From assembly GCA_002189035.1 (NCBI GenBank), contig NEEC01000012.1:2790001-2854000 (forward strand): a stretch of 64,000 nt of DNA. Direction: 5' to 3'. Origin of the DNA: Utricularia gibba (Eukaryota > Plantae > Magnoliophyta). Positions 59,698 through 64,000 of this stretch are shown piece by piece. Below the pieces are notes generated by a model. That model did no database searches and was not told the origin of the DNA. It saw only the letters and a list, made by a program, of their open reading frames with translations. The translations under genes were made by a program, and so were the position numbers. Positions within the stretch are counted from its first letter, which is position 1. Each line of letters begins with the position of its first letter.

Positions 59698-59951
59698 TCA
59701 GAAAATCTTGGCAACATCCTTGATGAGTCCCCTATTCGCCTGTGCGAAGTGCGTGAACTCCTCATACGAAATGTATCCATCTCCGTCGGTGTCGAGCTCT
59801 GTCATCATGCGCGTCACTTCATCCGGCGAGACAGAGCCGAGGGTCTTCAGGGCATCCCGAGCTCTGTCGCGGAGACCTTGCCATCGCCATTGGCGTCACA
59901 TTTCTTGAAAACGCGCTCACGATCGGCTACATCCTGTGGGTCCTCGGCCAT
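59698..59951 (-). CDS. Polcalcin (two-EF-hand pollen calcium-binding protein), 84 aa, one 1-nt frameshift
   Basis: MAEDPQDVADRERVFKK.DANGDGKVSATELG(D)ALKTLGSVSPDEVTRMMTELDTDGDGYISYEEF..FAQANRGLIKDVAKIF*. The span is 254 nt and one G is missing at 59856-59858. Not in the ORF track because of the break. Confidence 0.92.
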
Positions 59952-60529
59952 CGTCGACAAGATTAGGTTTGCTGAGGAAGAATGAAGATGATCTAGTGGG
60001 TTATAAAGAGGGAGTTTTCCTGGAGCTCATGGCTCCCCATGAAACTCGGATCTTCAGAGGAGGTAACTCTGGCCTAACCATAACTTGGGAGTCCGAGAAA
60101 CTCCCCATCACCACCCATTTTGAATTTATGGGATTCGCTCTCAAATGTGTAACAATCACCCATTTACGTGCACAAGCTTTTCTGAATTTGAATATAGACA
60201 GGGAGCAGCAGCATCAAACACACATCCCCATGGATGAAGAAGGGACAGATCTTGCGAGCACGAGTGGTGCTGGGTGCCGCTTGAATTCATTGTATCGAAC
60301 CAAAACCAAAACCGTTCAACTGCCGCCGCTGGTTACGACTGAGTATTTGATGTACGATTCTTCTTCTTTGTCTTTTCAACAAAGGAGGGCGGCTCAGGGA
60401 TTTCTATTGAGTCAACTTTCGATCTTTTTCTCTGGACCGAGAAAATTCGACCTTATTTTGTGGAAGAGGAAAGACGAAGAGCATTGGGAGTAGTTTTTCG
60501 TCACTTCAGTTGGTCCTCGGAAATTGGGC

Positions 60530-61244
60530 ATGGAAGCGTCCCTGGGTTTGCTTAGAATTACCGTCGTGAGAGGCGTTAATCTCGCCATAAGAGATGGATT
60601 AACTAGAAGCAGTGATCCTTACGTTGTTGTCAAATTGGGAAAACATGTTAGTCGTCCCTGCTTTACTCATCACCTGCTTTCTTGCTTAGGGTTTCAGTTT
60701 GTGATTTGGGTTTCACTGGATTTTGAATTTTTCCGGTAGTCTTGAACTTTCTTGATATGTATGTTGGCTTGATTGGATTAGAGATTGAGGACGAAAGCTG
60801 TGGAAAAGAGTTTGAATCCTGTGTGGAACGAAGAGCTCACTCTCGGGATAAACGATCCACATCTCCCTATTCAGCTGGTAAGCCGCCTTTCTGTTCTACG
60901 GTATGCTGATTTGATACCGGTGTCTAGGAAGTTTTAGTGGGTATTGATGATTACAGGAAGTCTATGACAAAGATTTTCTCAGAGATGACAAAATGGGCGA
61001 TGCAGAATTCGACATAGGGATGTTGGTGGAAGCTCTCAGAAAGCGGTTGTGGAACACTCCAACAGGAACAGTGATAGCCAAAGTGCAACCAAACAAGGAA
61101 AACTGCTTGGCAGAGGAGAGTTCCATCGTTTGGGAGGACGGCCAGATAGTCCAACGCTTGTTTCTGCGATTACGAAATGTCGAATGTGGCGAAGTCGAGC
61201 TTCGTTTGAGGTGGATCTCTGTCCCTGGATCCAGAGGTCTGTAA
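60530..61244 (+). CDS. C2-domain ABA-related (CAR) protein, 3 exons
   Basis: LGLLRITVVRGVNLAIRD..SSDPYVVV | LNPVWNEELTL | VYDKD..DDKMGDAEFDI, ENCLAEESSIVW and LRLRNVECGEVELRLRW. Exons 60530-60646, 60782-60877 and 60957-61244. Confidence 0.93.
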
Positions 61245-61449
61245 AGGAATGATCATATGAAGTCTTCTTCATCCTGCTTCATGTTCTGCTGCAATGATTG
61301 TTGGTTTGTTCGACAGATATCCGTAGGCTATGCTTCTGTTGCTGTATTTATATTCATTTTTGGGTTGTCTTGCTATTTGTAAGATATGTAGAAACTGGTT
61401 CCCAAGTTGTGATTTTTCCGAGTAAAAAACATAGCTTTTATGGCTTGAT

Positions 61450-61910
61450 TTTGATATCCATAGCCAGATGCTTCACAGTTTGCGGCCATCTGGATCCATT
61501 CCACGGTTCCGAGTCGCAGAAACAAGGTCTGTACATTCTCCCAAAGGATGGAACTCTCCTCCGCCATTGCAGTTCTCCCTGCTCCAGAGGGCATCTGATC
61601 AAACTTCCACTTCAGAGCTTCCACAAACTGTTGGATATCGAACTGGGCGTCCCCCATTTTGTCATCTCTGGCGTACACCTCAATGGCGAGGTGAGCTCTT
61701 CGTTCCACTCAGGATCAAGAGTCTCTGCTCTTCAGTTTCTGATAAAAATTGCACGTCCAACGACCGAAGCAAATACATTCATCAGAAATCCCTGTCTCTC
61801 AGAGCAGGAACCTGAGAACCACATACGCATCAGTGCTTCTTTTATCTCCTTTTGCAAGGCTCAGAGCCTCTCAACACTGTGATTCTCAGCAAACCCAAGA
61901 AATGCTCCAT
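61450..61910 (-). pseudogene. Inverted, deletion-riddled CAR duplicate
   Basis: MEHFLGLLRITVLRG..RSTDAYVVL | stops | LDPEWNEELT, VY..RDDKMGDAQFDI..FVEALK, MAEESSILWE and LFLRL. It has in-frame stops and a frameshift, has lost several peptide blocks, and lacks the second intron. Confidence 0.88.
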
Positions 61911-62430
61911 ACCAAATTCACAAGAAACAGAAACGCTTAAATGAAAAGCCACCCACAAACCCCAAGTTTTAATCAATTTCCATTGCTTTTCCAGGGAAAG
62001 GATCGTCTTTGAATGGATTAAACTACGTCACTCGGATCTTATTTGGATCAAACGCCATTTCAACTTGAAAAACGGGTACGAGACAAGATACTGATCTTTC
62101 TTTCTCCTGTAAGTTGCTTCAGATGTCGTGTCCAGTCTCCTCTTCATTAAAAAGACTGTCTCTTTTGAGCGCAAATTTGAAACGTGCTTCACGTGGAAAA
62201 ATGTTATTAAATATCCATAATATAATATTTTTTTTCACCAAAACATGATCATGATCTTAATGACGATTATTAATTTATGTCAAAACAGCTTTTTACATTC
62301 AAATCAAACTTTTTTTCTACCAATGCGCTTTTTAAAAAAAATATTTACATTAAAAAAAACAAGCAACAACAAATTTACTAGGTTAAAAACTAATTTTTTT
62401 CAGTTCACTAATACAATTGGAATCATTAAA

Positions 62431-62663
62431 CTAGTGTTTTAGAAAATTTTTAAAATCTATTTCTATTTTTCAGAAGAAAAAATAGTTTTGTTCTAAAATA
62501 ATTTTAATTATAAAAATAATTCTATCAAAAATACTTTTAAAATTATAACTATAAAAGTTATTTTTAGAAAAATAATTAGTTAATTAATTTTACTCTTTAT
62601 TTCTATTTTTCAAAAATAATTTTAAAAAATAAAAACAGATTTCAAAAATTTTATAAATCATTG
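62431..62663. mobile_element. AT-rich MITE-like element, copy 2
   Basis: About 40-nt imperfect terminal inverted repeats (TGTTTTAGAAAATTTTTAAAATCTATTTCTATTTTT versus the reverse complement of the 3' end TGATTTATAAAATTTTTGAAATCTGTTTTTATTTTT). It shares a 45/49-nt block with 53284-53332. Confidence 0.55.
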
Positions 62664-64000
62664 TTTAAACCTCTGAAAAAGTATTTTAAAAAGTGTATTT
62701 GATATTAATTGATCAAAAACGTATTATTTTTTATTAACACGTATATTGTAGTATAAAAACATGGAATCATACCCGATTAATCAGTCTAATTAATCGAATC
62801 TAAATACGGATTAACCACTTCAACTTGTTCGATAATAATCCCTTGAAGTATCAAAAATAGCCTCAACCTTCTCGCCTACCTTCCAATAATCGCATGTGGA
62901 GATTTAATGATTTTTTTACAAGAAAAAAAATGGAAAACACAATCGTTGACCTACTTTGTTTTATCCGACGATTCTTGATACCTGCACATGGTATTTATTG
63001 TGTTGTCATCACCATGCAATAAATATCAAGACACGTGTCGCCGTTTCGCACGCCTGCATAGTAAAAGAACAGTAAACCCGCTGGCGTCACATATCATGTA
63101 CACATCACCATGTCGGGTTGTGCGGTCCAGGACCGGGTTGCTTGCGCCGCCGCCCGCACCGGATCCGCCCTCCCCTGGCGCGACACATGAACGTAACCTC
63201 TTTTGCCCTTGGTGGACATATCGACTAGCACCTAGACATGTTGCATTTTTCCTGAAAAAAATTAATATTTAGGATGACTATTTTTATTATATACATATAA
63301 CATATGATGAATATATTTTTTAAATCACCCTTTAGTCATCTACACACTTAACAATATAAAGACTTAATATGGAGAAATTAAAGTGAAATAATGAAATATA
63401 TGTAATAGATATAAATAATTCATAGCCAATTGAAGATAATTGTTTCTAATTAACTCTATTGTGGTAAAAAATCGGTATTAGGGCGGGAGCCGATTTTCGG
63501 GTTATGGGTATGGTTGGATGCGTCATACTTGATTTAGATTCACGTGTAGTGTGGGATGCGATATGATTAAAATAGATTGGAAAAGACATAATTTTTACGT
63601 GGAAACTATCGGAAAATGGAAAAAACTACGGAACTGTCCGAGTTCGTCGGAAAATGGTTTCCACTAGACGGAAGAGATGAGAAAATACAGGTTGGAGGGC
63701 TTGGAGCTCAATTCCTTTTTTCTTTGAGGTTTCTTATATTTATAAAAAAAGTTGATTTGACCGAATTCTCAATTCTGTAGATGTCAGCTGCTTTTTGCGT
63801 CTGTTGTACGTACTGTGGTCCTACTCTCAAATAACTGCCGATTATATTGTCATTGCCGTAATTCGGCTACTTTTCAGACTGTCTAAAACGACCGTCGCTG
63901 ACAAATTCTGACAGTTATAGATCACTGCGTTATTATGTTAGAACAATTTTTGACTTCTTTGTTTTACCGATGATATTTCTATTGAAGATGCAATTTTATT

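Noticed and set aside
59936-60493. 185-aa plus-strand ORF between polcalcin and CAR
   Set aside because: It spans the shared promoter, overlaps the polcalcin start antisense, and has no domain or splice support.
63600-63930. Repeated TCGGAAAATGG, CACTAGACGG and CCGTCGCT motifs resembling CACTA subterminal repeats
   Set aside because: Only two 11-nt copies, no matching TIR pair within the window and no transposase.
1-64000. CRISPR arrays, rRNA, tRNA, operons and autonomous transposon ORFs
   Set aside because: No repeat-spacer arrays, tRNA A/B boxes, rRNA signatures, or RT/integrase/transposase motifs were seen. The DNA is eukaryotic nuclear.

Overview
Plant (eudicot) nuclear DNA, not prokaryotic: short GT-AG introns, very AT-rich spacers and high gene density. 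I count 25 protein-coding loci, 2 clear pseudogenes and 1 U2 snRNA gene in 64 kb. The compactness and GC3-rich genes suggest a miniaturised genome such as Lentibulariaceae (Utricularia/Genlisea); this is inference only. Gene order: Nudix hydrolase (NUDX26-like), GT4 glycosyltransferase, AIF/FSP1-like oxidoreductase, DUF266/Core-2-I-branching GT, glutaredoxin-domain protein, mitochondrial glycoprotein (MAM33), NUP1, U2 snRNA, KOKOPELLI-like His-tract protein, phytocyanin, CBSCBSPB3, filament-like protein, SYP61, G-type lectin S-receptor kinase, AMT2/3 ammonium transporter, polyol transporter, beta-1,3-galactosyltransferase, subgroup-4 R2R3-MYB, two germin-like proteins, a divergent APC10, a 98-aa unknown protein, an NAA10 pseudogene, KCS6, lipid phosphate phosphatase, polcalcin, a CAR C2-domain gene and an inverted degraded CAR copy. 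Ten frameshifts in seven otherwise intact genes are almost all single-base losses in homopolymers, so they are probably assembly errors. The most interesting items are the inverted CAR duplicate (possible hairpin/siRNA or proto-MIRNA locus), deletion-riddled pseudogenes, a U2 gene wedged antisense against the KPL-like 3' end, a drifting APC10, possible intron gain in KCS6 and a candidate orphan Cys/His-rich ORF. I found no CRISPR array, rRNA or tRNA. No database searches were run; family assignments rest on recognised motifs.
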